A program made the translations under genes and the position numbers. This document shows, one piece after another, positions 46,827 to 56,422 of a stretch of DNA of 64,000 nt (position 1 is the first letter of the stretch; every line of letters begins with the position of its first letter). Location of the stretch: the IMG/VR virus record IMGVR_UViG_3300045303_000172, positions 14,289 to 78,288 of that record; one strand, given 5' to 3'. The stretch comes from a virus. A model generated the notes under the pieces. It did no database searches. It saw only the letters and a program-made list of their open reading frames with translations, and was not told where the DNA came from.

Positions 46827-48177
46827 CCTTGTAAGTCGCCTTTGCCGTCGAACCATCCGGCAGGGTGATCGACGCTGTAATCGTCTGTTCTACGGCTCTT
46901 AGCTCACCTTCGAGCACCGGACCTGATCCCAAGTCTCCCTGCACGTCCGATGACCATTTGACGGGCGTGCTGGGTGGCTGGACGAAGACAGCGAGGCGCA
47001 CCCCGGTCGTCACGAAGGACACGGAGGGTTTTACGGGCGGCGGGATAGGAGTAGGCGGCACGATGTCAAGCTGCACCAGTGCCACGGTTTTGTCAGCTTG
47101 GATGACGACGAAAGCCTTTGCGGCCGTCGAGTAGGCGTAGATCGAACTGCCTAGCGGAACTGATTGGCCGGCGCACTGCAGGAGGTTCTGAGTCGGGTAA
47201 CCCGTCGCGTAGCAGAGAGTCACGGAACCCGCCTGCGTCACCGGGATACACGGATTCAGGATGCTCAACACCCAATCGGCGCTGACGGCCACCTGAACGA
47301 CTACTGCCCCGGCAGCGATGCCTGCAACGACCGGATGAGCCTGCCTAGTGCCAGCCTCTGGGCCTTCGGTTGGGAATTGGACGTTCGTGTATCCAAGATT
47401 CACTCGCCGGTTAATCTGGTCGGTGGTAGCCACGAGCGCGGTGATCTCTCCGTTGCTCGCCAGCACACCCATGACATAGACGCCGTTGACTATGTTTCTA
47501 TTGATGACCTGAGGGAAAGACGATTTAAGCGCCAGCCTTCCACCGGCAAGCGTGAACGTCGCCGCGTCACCCCCCATAGCACCGTCAAAGATGTCCGCCA
47601 TAAACAGCGTCCCGTCCCAAGGCGCCACACAGGCAGAGAACTGAGTGCTGTTCCCAACCGCAGAAGATATCGAAACCCTCTGCGACGGCCCCCAAACGCC
47701 CGCCAGCGAACGGACAATGACATCCACGGCAGGAAGGGCCTGCTGGTGGGTGCAGGCGACAAGTTCTCCGGACGGCATCACGACAAGCTCTGTCTGCCTG
47801 GATTGGCCATCGCCGTAGGGCGGTGGTGCCTGCGACGGTGTAGGAGCAGCAGAGAACGGATCGCCCGGCAGGCGAAACTCTTGAACGACCACCTTGGAGC
47901 TGGTGCTCTGGTTCTTTGAGGCCACGACAAGAAATCCGGGCAACACGCTTCCAGGCACCGTTGGCAGCAGAGCGCAACAAGCGTCGTCTCCGTTGCTGGA
48001 AACGCCCGTTAGGGGCCACACAGCGGTTCGGCCCTGGGCGTCGAAGAGCAAGACACGCCACGGCTCTGTGAGGGATGCGCCAGGCGTCACACCCACGATG
48101 CAGGCGCGGAGGTTATTGCCGAGCGTGGCAATGCGCTGCTGCGGGACACGTTGGAGCGTTGGAATGAGTTTGGTCAT
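46810..48177 (-). CDS. beta-rich protein with Pro linker and Ig-like C-terminus, possible virion accessory protein
   Basis: 455-aa ORF; WSSDVQGDLGSG...ITAS C-terminal module. Confidence 0.55.
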   Translation of the reverse strand: MTKLIPTLQRVPQQRIATLGNNLRACIVGVTPGASLTEPWRVLLFDAQGRTAVWPLTGVSSNGDDACCALLPTVPGSVLPGFLVVASKNQSTSSKVVVQEFRLPGDPFSAAPTPSQAPPPYGDGQSRQTELVVMPSGELVACTHQQALPAVDVIVRSLAGVWGPSQRVSISSAVGNSTQFSACVAPWDGTLFMADIFDGAMGGDAATFTLAGGRLALKSSFPQVINRNIVNGVYVMGVLASNGEITALVATTDQINRRVNLGYTNVQFPTEGPEAGTRQAHPVVAGIAAGAVVVQVAVSADWVLSILNPCIPVTQAGSVTLCYATGYPTQNLLQCAGQSVPLGSSIYAYSTAAKAFVVIQADKTVALVQLDIVPPTPIPPPVKPSVSFVTTGVRLAVFVQPPSTPVKWSSDVQGDLGSGPVLEGELRAVEQTITASITLPDGSTAKATYKVTPGH

Positions 48178-48246
48178 TGAGAGCGGCGCGGTACGCTAAT
48201 AACTCGACGGTTGCCCGCCCCAGAACACGATCCCGCGCCGAAAGCG

Positions 48247-48477
48247 TTAATCCTTGCGTGGAATAATCTCCATCCGGCCAACAACTGAGTCGACGCCCCA
48301 CGAGACGTATTCGGGGTGCTGCGCCAGGATTTCCGCTAGTGACTTCGGGATTGGCGTGAAAAGGATTGAACTGTTCCACCTGGCGATAGCCTCTTGAGTC
48401 TCCGGCGAGACGGGTTGAGGGCCGACGTTCGGCAACGGTGGGGGATTGTCTTTGTTTTGTCCGGGTAGTGAGGCCAT
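48247..48477 (-). CDS. hypothetical protein
   Basis: ORF in operon orientation. Confidence 0.5.
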   Translation of the reverse strand: MASLPGQNKDNPPPLPNVGPQPVSPETQEAIARWNSSILFTPIPKSLAEILAQHPEYVSWGVDSVVGRMEIIPRKD

Positions 48478-48481
48478 AGGC

Positions 48482-48832
48482 TTACTTTAAGGTCTGGGGG
48501 ACGGTTCGGTTCACGATGTTCGTCCCGCGGGGCGTCCTTGACAAACGTGGCGCACGCACTGTCTCTGCTTGTGGAGTAATGCGCGCAGTCAAGGGTTCCG
48601 TTACCACTGTCGTGGCATTGGTGCTCGGGAACGGATAGCCGTTTGTGCCGATCCAGGAAATCTCCTGAGCGTCGAAGGCCCCGCCTGTCATTGAAGCCGT
48701 GGCGTGAACGCCTTTCATAGTCACACTGGCTCCGTCAGGCCAAACGCGGCCAACGTCCCCCATGGGACCTTTGCAAGCCGCGAGGGTGAGTAACGCGCCC
48801 GCGAGAGCGCCCGTCAGGATCAGGTTTTTCAT
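48482..48832 (-). CDS. lipoprotein (o-spanin candidate)
   Basis: MKNLILTGALAGALLTLAAC lipobox. Confidence 0.7.
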   Translation of the reverse strand: MKNLILTGALAGALLTLAACKGPMGDVGRVWPDGASVTMKGVHATASMTGGAFDAQEISWIGTNGYPFPSTNATTVVTEPLTARITPQAETVRAPRLSRTPRGTNIVNRTVPQTLK

Positions 48833-48951
48833 TTCGTTTTGTTCCTTCGTTTGAACCAACCTTGGAACTCGGGTGGCCAGTAGAAGCAGCCGAGTGCCCA
48901 ACCGACAAGAATGCCAGCAAAAAATACTGAGCAAAGATTGACCATTGTCAT
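48829..48951 (-). CDS. small membrane protein (40 aa)
   Basis: Translated by hand: MTMVNLCSVFFAGILVGWALGCFYW...; ATGA-coupled at both ends. Confidence 0.5.
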   Translation of the reverse strand: MTMVNLCSVFFAGILVGWALGCFYWPPEFQGWFKRRNKTK

Positions 48952-49121
48952 TGGTTAAGATGATGCCTAAAAATTTCCATGCAACAGCGAGAGCACAGTG
49001 CAGCCGGTGACCACGTATTTCGGGCGCATCGAACGCAAGAGTGGAGATCAAAGTGCCACCGCGAGGCCACTACGGCAGCAGCCACGCCGAAGACGATTGT
49101 GCCGATGAAGAAGGTTCTCAT
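48948..49121 (-). CDS. small membrane protein with two CxxC motifs (57 aa)
   Basis: Translated by hand: MRTFFIGTIVFGVAAAVVA...CVRC...CSRC; ATGA-coupled. Confidence 0.5.
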   Translation of the reverse strand: MRTFFIGTIVFGVAAAVVASRWHFDLHSCVRCARNTWSPAALCSRCCMEIFRHHLNQ

Positions 49122-49483
49122 ATGGTCGGATCGTGCATTCGTTCTTTAGCCACGGCGTCCCCAGCTTCACGGCTTCTCAGGACCGCATGGGCATCGGACG
49201 CTGCAACCCTATCCTCTGCCTTTCCCGTCGCGTCAGCAAGCGCCGTCTTGGCAATGGCCGTCTCGCGGGTTTGGGCGATCAAATTGCCGTTGCTATTGGC
49301 CTTCACCTCCTGCAAAACGCCTGCGTTGTTTTTGCTTTGGCGATGCGTCAAAAACGACAGCACCGAGGTTACGATGGTCCCGACTGCCGTAGCAATCACA
49401 CCAAGAGCCGTCCAATCTGGAGATGTCATTTTATGTATTGCCATAGGCGTGAGGCCCTTTTCATGGTTTGGTTCTATGGTCAT
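49118..49483 (-). CDS. single-TM protein (holin-like)
   Basis: WTALGVIATAVGTIVTSVLSFL...EVKANSNG. Confidence 0.6.
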   Translation of the reverse strand: MTIEPNHEKGLTPMAIHKMTSPDWTALGVIATAVGTIVTSVLSFLTHRQSKNNAGVLQEVKANSNGNLIAQTRETAIAKTALADATGKAEDRVAASDAHAVLRSREAGDAVAKERMHDPTI

Positions 49484-49715
49484 CTACAACCTGCTGTGCC
49501 GCCTCCGCCTTCATCACGTTATGCGCGGTCGGTAGTGCAGCGGCGAGCTTTTCAGATATTTCGAGGTTCCGTTGGAGCAGGTTAGAGTACTGCGAGTTGA
49601 CAAGCTGGTGAATGCTGCCAGCCCGAAGCATAGCCACGAAAGAAGCGATCGCGCCAAGGATTGCAGGAAGCCCGGTGACGAGCAGGACGGCGAGTTTGAA
49701 TTCGTTGTCGCTCAT
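49461..49715 (-). CDS. single-TM protein (holin-like)
   Basis: LAVLLVTGLPAILGAIASFVAML...IHQLVNS. Confidence 0.6.
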   Translation of the reverse strand: MSDNEFKLAVLLVTGLPAILGAIASFVAMLRAGSIHQLVNSQYSNLLQRNLEISEKLAAALPTAHNVMKAEAAQQVVDDHRTKP

Positions 49716-49867
49716 CTCCACCTCAGCACGAGCAGGATTATCAGGATGATCACAACGAGCCCTAAGCCGCCTGATGGCCACGGACCCCAGTTGTGATAAC
49801 CCCAATACGTCCCGTATCCTCCACCACCAAGCAGGAGGATGAGGATTACGATCAAAAGAAGGTCCAT
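49712..49867 (-). CDS. DUF3309-like two-TM protein (51 aa), absent from the ORF track
   Basis: Translated by hand: MDLLLIVILILLLGGGGYG...WGPWPSGGLGLVVIILIILLVL. Confidence 0.75.
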   Translation of the reverse strand: MDLLLIVILILLLGGGGYGTYWGYHNWGPWPSGGLGLVVIILIILLVLRWR

Positions 49868-49914
49868 AAAAGTAGGCCGCCCAGGAGCACTCGCTCCCAG
49901 GCAGTTGGGAGATG

Positions 49915-50361
49915 TTACTTCTTGGCGGCTACGGCGGCTCCAGCGGGAGCAGGCTTCGGAAGGGCGTCGTCGATTTTCGTCACCAGCGCGTCGGCGTTTT
50001 CGCCCATGGTCACAAGCGCGGCCAGCGACGCCTTGCCGCGATTGACTACGGCTTCCTGTTCAGGTGTGAGAGTTCCACCAGCGGCTTGAAGGGCTGCCTG
50101 ATAGGCCGCAATAAGCGCTGTTGCGTCGGTGGTGAGCTTGTCCTCAGTCAGCGAAAAGCTGTCGAGGGTTGTAGACGCTGAATTTACCAAGTCGATTGCT
50201 TCTTGAACTAGCATAATGATTAACCTTTCCAGTAATTTAAGGCTGCTGATTGCGGCGTGAGCGTCGGCCTTTTCAACGCTAACGTCGTCCTTCATCGCTC
50301 CAAGATCAGCCCGGACACGGGCAATCAAGTGCGACAAAGGATCAGTTTCTTGATCTTTCAT
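49915..50361 (-). CDS. Ala-rich helical protein (start uncertain)
   Basis: ORF in operon orientation. Confidence 0.55.
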   Translation of the reverse strand: MKDQETDPLSHLIARVRADLGAMKDDVSVEKADAHAAISSLKLLERLIIMLVQEAIDLVNSASTTLDSFSLTEDKLTTDATALIAAYQAALQAAGGTLTPEQEAVVNRGKASLAALVTMGENADALVTKIDDALPKPAPAGAAVAAKK

Positions 50362-50467
50362 CAGCTACAATCTACCACGCCGCGACATTGTAGGCATGGG
50401 GTGAAACCCTACTGCGCGGTAAAACTCCAAACATGGAACGTCGCCAATCCGCCGATGCTGTCTGTTT

Positions 50468-51658
50468 TCACCGAACCCTCCGAGCGTTTATGCTCCCAAA
50501 CGCCGTTACTGACCCCGCGCTGAAAGTCGATTTACCAACGAGGTAAACCGTCGTAGTAGCGCTTACGTTGATCTGCTTTGGCGGCATTGTCACCGAGTCT
50601 GTCTCACTCAGAAGAGTAACCTGGACTCCGGAGTAAACTTCTGTTCCGTCAGTTGGAAGGGTTGCTGAGGTCGTCGAAATGCCACCCACGGTTCCTGTTA
50701 CCGTTGCGGAAGATGCCGAGAAATTGACATTGCCTCGAACATCCCAGTCGCCAGCAGTAAGCGAGATGGAAGTCACATTCCAGGCACTCGCATTTGTTAA
50801 AGTAACAGCACTTCCTGAGGCGACGGCAGAGGATATGACTTCACCCAAAGTTCCGGCAGCGCCCGCGCTTGCATCAGTTACGCCGCCAGAAGTAAACACC
50901 GTGAAAGCTGAATCATCAGCAAGGCGAGCTTGCAATAACGTCGTGCTGCGTTTAAGCGCCGGAAAACTGGTCGTTGTACCACCGAATTGCAGACGCGAAA
51001 AACTTGTCCCGGCGTTATTGTATAATTCAATAATGCCGTCTGATGGACAGTGGAGACCGCTTCCGTTGTTCCAGTATATGTCGGATGACCCTCCAGCCCT
51101 TAAATTGGCAGTAGCGAAAAAGCTTCCAGTCGTTGTCAAAGTCCCGGTCATCGCATCGCCTGCGATATTTACCGCGCCAAGACTCGCCCGCGCCGTCGCG
51201 GCAGTCGTGCCAGCCGTCCCGCCGTTTGCGATTGGAAGCGAGCCTGTGACCTTAGCCGTCAGATCAATCGTCGAGGCGGCGATGTCCGCATTGACCACTG
51301 ATCCCCAAGTCGGATTGCCTGCCGCGTTACCGTGCGGAACTGTGGTTGTGGTCCCTTGGTTGGCAAAATCTGATGAGGCAATAGAAAGCGTGCGCGTGCC
51401 GCCGAGAGAAACCGATGTGCCGTTAATCGTGATGGCAGAATTAGCCAAGCTTCCGTTTGCCACAGGAGCCGTGAGATAGCTTCCAACGGGCTGTTTTCCT
51501 GCGAGAGCCCCGACCACGTTCGTTGTCCCGATGTTCACAACGCCGACATTGATTGTCGCGCTGGTTCCATTATTCCACGCATCCAGATCACCGCTGGACG
51601 TTGGAACGAGAGCAACGAGAACGAAAGCGATAAGACAGAGCAATCCGATGAGTTTCAT
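50468..51658 (-). CDS. tail-fibre-like protein with signal-peptide-like N-terminus
   Basis: MKLIGLLCLIAFVLVALVPTSSG; LANSAITINGT, LPIANGGT, AGDAMTGTL, SISLTAGDWDV fibre motifs. Confidence 0.75.
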   Translation of the reverse strand: MKLIGLLCLIAFVLVALVPTSSGDLDAWNNGTSATINVGVVNIGTTNVVGALAGKQPVGSYLTAPVANGSLANSAITINGTSVSLGGTRTLSIASSDFANQGTTTTVPHGNAAGNPTWGSVVNADIAASTIDLTAKVTGSLPIANGGTAGTTAATARASLGAVNIAGDAMTGTLTTTGSFFATANLRAGGSSDIYWNNGSGLHCPSDGIIELYNNAGTSFSRLQFGGTTTSFPALKRSTTLLQARLADDSAFTVFTSGGVTDASAGAAGTLGEVISSAVASGSAVTLTNASAWNVTSISLTAGDWDVRGNVNFSASSATVTGTVGGISTTSATLPTDGTEVYSGVQVTLLSETDSVTMPPKQINVSATTTVYLVGKSTFSAGSVTAFGSINARRVR

Positions 51659-54222
51659 GGCTTGGCCACCCCGATCGCGGCACCGGAAGTAACGATAAAC
51701 TTCTCGCCCGTAATCAACTTAAACGTGTCGTGTCCAATGGCGACGGCGTTGGTGTAGTAAGGAGACCCAGACGCGCTGTAAACAGTGTAGGTTAGATTCG
51801 TTCCGTCCATCCACACGCGAGCATCTTTACCAAAAGAGTTTGTCCATCCGGTTGCGCTGATGGCAACGGCGGCATCGGCGGCGAGGCTGGAGAAACCTCC
51901 AAGCGCCTCGGATTTTCCGCTGCCGTAAACGGACAGCAGGTTGGTTCCGTTGTTATTAAACGCATGAACGACTTCCGTTAAACTCTTTGGCCTCCAAGTG
52001 TCGAAGGTATAAGCCGCCCCCGTGTCGGCTGGCTTGGTTGGGTCAAAATTCCAGAGATTGAAACCTTCAGCTTGCCCTCGAAATTGAGCCGTATCATTGT
52101 CGCCGCCAGCAGATCGGTCAATATCTATGACAATTTTCATGTCCATGCCGTTAGTGCCAACCGCTACGAAGTTTGCTTCATTAATACCAGAGGTCGAAGT
52201 GTGAAGGATGGTGTAGGCGGATCTGTCTCCAGGGTTGTAACTTGCGGTGTTGGTGCCGCCTGCTCCATATTCGATATACCTGTCGTTCTCCCCTAAGCTT
52301 CCATCTCCCCACAAGAACACGCCAGAAGCAAGGTTGTTCTGCCAAGCGAAAATGGACGATTGACCATTGAAAATGCTGCCATCGTTCGTTGAAATGGATA
52401 GGACAGAAGATGATGGGAATTGAACATATCCAGCATTATTCGTCCAAATCGTATCCCCGACTCCCCCCGGAACGGACCCAAACGTTCCATCGTTGCGATA
52501 GACCAAAGTGCCGTCGCCAGAGCCCCAAGAGGCAATCGGCACGATAAGCCGCGTGTTCAAATCATTCCCAAGCAGAATATCTCCCGAGTTCGTCGCCCTC
52601 GCCGTATGCGCCCCGACCAACGTCCCAATCGTGATCGTGTTCGTCACTGTATCCGTGAGCGAGTCGTTGCTGTTGTAGCCGATGGATATGTTGTTGCTGC
52701 CGTGACGAGCGTTCCATGCGTAAGCGCCAAGGATGGTGTTCCTATCCTCGGTCGTAAGCGCGTTACCTGCCGATTGCCCGAGGACCACATTGCGATTGCC
52801 GGTTGTGAGAGATTGGAGAGAATTTGCGCCAGCCGCGAAGTTCTCGGTGCCTGCACGGATGCCAAGGAGAGCACGTTTGCCGATGGCAATGTTTCCTTCA
52901 CCGATCAGTGACCCGCCGTGCCCGAGTGCCTCTTCACCGATACCCCACGATTCGCTTCCAGAAAGGCCGCCCCAACGCTGGAGCCAGAAGAGGTTTGCCG
53001 TGTTGTCGTCGAAGCCAATTTGGTTTGTGGCGTAACGCACCCAAGGAGAGTCGCCCCATGAGCCACCTGCGTTGTAGGGCAAGAAGCCGGTTGTGGGGTT
53101 GAAGGTGCCGCCCGTGAACGTATGAAACTTGCCGTCGTTTGCAAACAGCTTGGAGCCGTCTGCTGCGCCAATGTCGGTGATGGCGGCGATGGTGAATTGG
53201 TTCGTCCCGTCATTCGCAAACTCCGCGAGGTTGCCGGTGAGGATTGGATTATCCGTGTCGAAGCGAAATGGTCGAGGTTGTCCAGCTATGCCATCGCCCA
53301 AAGACAGGAATAAGGCATAGCCGTTCGTCCCTGTTTGCGAGATGTCCAAGCCAGCGTAGTTCGTCACGCCACCGGGATAGAACCCTATGATGTGGTTCGT
53401 CGCCTGCAACCACACGTTATTCCACGGTGTCACCTTGGTTCCAAGGTCGATGGCGAATGGTGCGAATCCTCCGGTTCCAACAAATGAAGTCGTGTCGAGT
53501 GTCACGGCGTTCACGCCTGCTCCAAGTTCGATAACGTCTTGAGGCGTGAGCAGCGCCGTGGCGTTGTTTTGCACTGTGAGAGAAACGCTTGACGTGTTGT
53601 TGGTGCCGCGCATCGAGAATGTGGCGTTTGTGCCTAAAGTGTAGCGATAAAGCGGATCAATCGGCTGGAGATTGCCAGCGACAGATTCCCAAAGCCCCGC
53701 GCCAAGTTCTTCCCATCCTGTATCACCTAGGCCGGTGGCTTTATGGTAGATTCCGCCGCCTGTCGTATCGCGCCAGATGGATCCGGGGCTTGCCACAACC
53801 ACACCCTCGGGACTGCCGGGACCGAAGCTGTCGAATACGTTTCCACCGGGAAAACCGGAGCGTGCCCACAGAAGGTTCTCGGTGAAGACGCCGGAGAGGT
53901 ATTCGGTCGAGGTGCCGAGTTGGGAGTGGTCGGTGCTGGAGATGACGCCGGGAGCGATGTAGAATTTGTATTGCGTGTCGGTTGGGCGCAAGACGCTGCC
54001 AGTGTTGGTCCACTGCGTAAAGAGGTTCGTGGACATGAAGCTCCAGATGTCGCCGGGGCCGTCGGGATTGCCAGGCGGCTGCAGGTTCAACTTGACGACG
54101 TTCGTGGGTGCGGCCGTCTGGTCGATCGAAAACGCGCGCCGGTTGAAATTCTTGAGCGTCGGCTGGCCCAGCGCCGGAACGAAACTCAGCAGGAGGCAAA
54201 AGAGGAAAGAAAGGCTTCTCAT
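51655..54222 (-). CDS. fibre/adhesin-like protein with signal-peptide-like N-terminus and YadA-head-like beta-roll repeats
   Basis: MRSLSFLFCLLLSFVPALG; NIAIGKRAL, NFAAGANSL, NVVLGQSAG, NTILGAYA, NISIGYNS; GSPEGVVVASPGS motif; T/N/G-rich. Confidence 0.75.
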   Translation of the reverse strand: MRSLSFLFCLLLSFVPALGQPTLKNFNRRAFSIDQTAAPTNVVKLNLQPPGNPDGPGDIWSFMSTNLFTQWTNTGSVLRPTDTQYKFYIAPGVISSTDHSQLGTSTEYLSGVFTENLLWARSGFPGGNVFDSFGPGSPEGVVVASPGSIWRDTTGGGIYHKATGLGDTGWEELGAGLWESVAGNLQPIDPLYRYTLGTNATFSMRGTNNTSSVSLTVQNNATALLTPQDVIELGAGVNAVTLDTTSFVGTGGFAPFAIDLGTKVTPWNNVWLQATNHIIGFYPGGVTNYAGLDISQTGTNGYALFLSLGDGIAGQPRPFRFDTDNPILTGNLAEFANDGTNQFTIAAITDIGAADGSKLFANDGKFHTFTGGTFNPTTGFLPYNAGGSWGDSPWVRYATNQIGFDDNTANLFWLQRWGGLSGSESWGIGEEALGHGGSLIGEGNIAIGKRALLGIRAGTENFAAGANSLQSLTTGNRNVVLGQSAGNALTTEDRNTILGAYAWNARHGSNNISIGYNSNDSLTDTVTNTITIGTLVGAHTARATNSGDILLGNDLNTRLIVPIASWGSGDGTLVYRNDGTFGSVPGGVGDTIWTNNAGYVQFPSSSVLSISTNDGSIFNGQSSIFAWQNNLASGVFLWGDGSLGENDRYIEYGAGGTNTASYNPGDRSAYTILHTSTSGINEANFVAVGTNGMDMKIVIDIDRSAGGDNDTAQFRGQAEGFNLWNFDPTKPADTGAAYTFDTWRPKSLTEVVHAFNNNGTNLLSVYGSGKSEALGGFSSLAADAAVAISATGWTNSFGKDARVWMDGTNLTYTVYSASGSPYYTNAVAIGHDTFKLITGEKFIVTSGAAIGVAKP

Positions 54223-54226
54223 TGAA

Positions 54227-54715
54227 TTAGGAAGGTAAAATCCAGCCGCCTGCGCCAGCGTTCGCTGTGTGATCCCAGATCATGTCAGGTGTCCCATCTC
54301 GAAAGGAGCAGAGCCAGTCGATCCTGAGGTCAGCCGGCGGAGGTTCGTTGTCCGGGAAGTTCGGGCGATCGGTTGGCGCGTCACGGAGCATGAACCCGCC
54401 TCCGCCGCCTCCGTCACCGCCCGTGGCGATGATGCGGCCGTTATCGTCCACAGCCACCGGCAAGAGTGTCGCACCGTCCTTCCCCACCAGGAGAGAACCG
54501 TGGACCTGTTTCAAGGCGCTTTGGTCTGGAACAAGAAGATAGGATTCAGCCATACCGGAATAATCGTTGCCCGGCCCGCTGGCTAACAGGAGGATCCCAT
54601 CAGCATCCACCAGCACCGGAATGAGCGTCCCGTCCATTCTGCGGCCGATCAGCAGGGTGCCATGCACTTGTCTCAAGTCCTGCCGGTCCGGGACGTCCAA
54701 GAATTGGTCAGGCAT
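54227..54715 (-). CDS. protein with an internal tandem duplication of about 40 aa
   Basis: VPDRQDLRQVHGTLLIG...LIPVLVDADG versus VPDQSALKQVHGSLLVG...LLPVAVDDNG. Confidence 0.7.
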   Translation of the reverse strand: MPDQFLDVPDRQDLRQVHGTLLIGRRMDGTLIPVLVDADGILLLASGPGNDYSGMAESYLLVPDQSALKQVHGSLLVGKDGATLLPVAVDDNGRIIATGGDGGGGGGFMLRDAPTDRPNFPDNEPPPADLRIDWLCSFRDGTPDMIWDHTANAGAGGWILPS

Positions 54716-54794
54716 AAAGAAGCATAGTGCCCTGTGGTTATCGTTAACGTGAACTCTAACCCTCTAGCGCCAAGCATTGCAATAGCAATGTCAG

Positions 54795-54823
54795 TTGACT
54801 CCAGGCGGCGAGCGGCCTAGCCT
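54795..54823 (+). promoter_or_regulatory. sigma70-like promoter
   Basis: TTGACT-17 nt-TAGCCT, 20 nt upstream of the ORF at 54844; CATTGC-N4-GCAATG palindrome just upstream. Confidence 0.55.
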
Positions 54824-54843
54824 GGAGCCACCCACAAACCAAT

Positions 54844-55152
54844 ATGAGCACCCACCGCAATTCCCTCTTGATCGCCGCCGTCTGCCACGCCGCCACGGCC
54901 GCCTACTGCCAAACCATCGGTGACATCACACAACCGCCCTGGGAACGAGCGTCAGAGGAACGGCGTGCGGCCACGGTCGAAGCCGTGGACCGAATCCGAG
55001 CTTTCCCGGAGATACCGCTGCCGGTGCTGCAGACGCCACAACCAGAGAACACCACGTTTGGAGCGCCGGTGACAGCGAATACGGATTTGCCCGAGGCCCG
55101 CCAGCGAAAGGACGCCATCTTCAAGGCGGTCGTGGCCGTGATGACGGAGTAG
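54844..55152 (+). CDS. degenerate phage RyR-domain-like protein
   Basis: IAAVCH....YC..IGD..Q.PW...LPE..Q.KDAIF..VV. Confidence 0.6.
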   Translation: MSTHRNSLLIAAVCHAATAAYCQTIGDITQPPWERASEERRAATVEAVDRIRAFPEIPLPVLQTPQPENTTFGAPVTANTDLPEARQRKDAIFKAVVAVMTE

Positions 55153-55167
55153 CGCGCTCGCCAGCAA

Positions 55168-55659
<492 letters not shown>

Positions 55660-55871
55660 CCTGAGCTCGCCGGTCCTCGGAAAGTCTGGCTGGATTCAGG
55701 AAAGGTCGAGGGTGTCATGGTCTTCCTTAAACGCTTGATCTAAATCCACGCCCTGAGCCAGCATCATCTCTCGCAGGATTAAAGCCATGGCTTTCCATCG
55801 GGCTTCTGTCCGATCAGGTTCGGGTACCACGGATGGAGGGTTAAGTTTGTCGAGTTGCTCTTGAATGGTGG

Positions 55872-56129
55872 TCATTGCCTCTCCTTCTTCTTTTCCGCGG
55901 CGATCCCCGCATCCGCCAGCTTCCTCAACTCCCCTACCTTGAACGGTCCGAGATTGTATTCCGCGTCCGCAACAAACGAGCAGTGTTTGTCGCCCTCGAA
56001 GTCGATGATCAGCGCCATCACGCGCCCAGGCCGCTGGATTTCCTTGATCATCACCCGATCTCCAATGTCGAAGGCGAAGTGCTCAACTCGGCCCGCCTTA
56101 GATGGAGGGATGGTGTTGGGTGTGGTCAT
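55872..56129 (-). CDS. hypothetical protein
   Basis: Coupled ORF; FDIGDRV motif. Confidence 0.5.
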   Translation of the reverse strand: MTTPNTIPPSKAGRVEHFAFDIGDRVMIKEIQRPGRVMALIIDFEGDKHCSFVADAEYNLGPFKVGELRKLADAGIAAEKKKERQ

Positions 56130-56422
56130 TCAGCAAAAGATTCTCCGTTTTTCTCGAGCATTTGAAGTTCGTGGCGAATTGCCATTACTGCCGTGGCTTG
56201 CCAGTCCATAAATTCAGAATCCGCTCTGCGGCTCATTGTTTTTCCATTTGTTCCAACCCTCAATTCATTTCCGCCAGCGATCCCAACAACCGCCCTGAAA
56301 TCGTTCTCCCCCAAGAAGAGGAATATCCGGCAGAATCCCGGCGGAACTTTTTCGGAAATCTGGACTCTCGCTGCGGCCATATCAAAAATCCGGCATCGGA
56401 GTTCCTTTATCGCAGTGGCCAT
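56126..56422 (-). CDS. hypothetical protein
   Basis: Coupled ORF. Confidence 0.45.
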   Translation of the reverse strand: MATAIKELRCRIFDMAAARVQISEKVPPGFCRIFLFLGENDFRAVVGIAGGNELRVGTNGKTMSRRADSEFMDWQATAVMAIRHELQMLEKNGESFAE

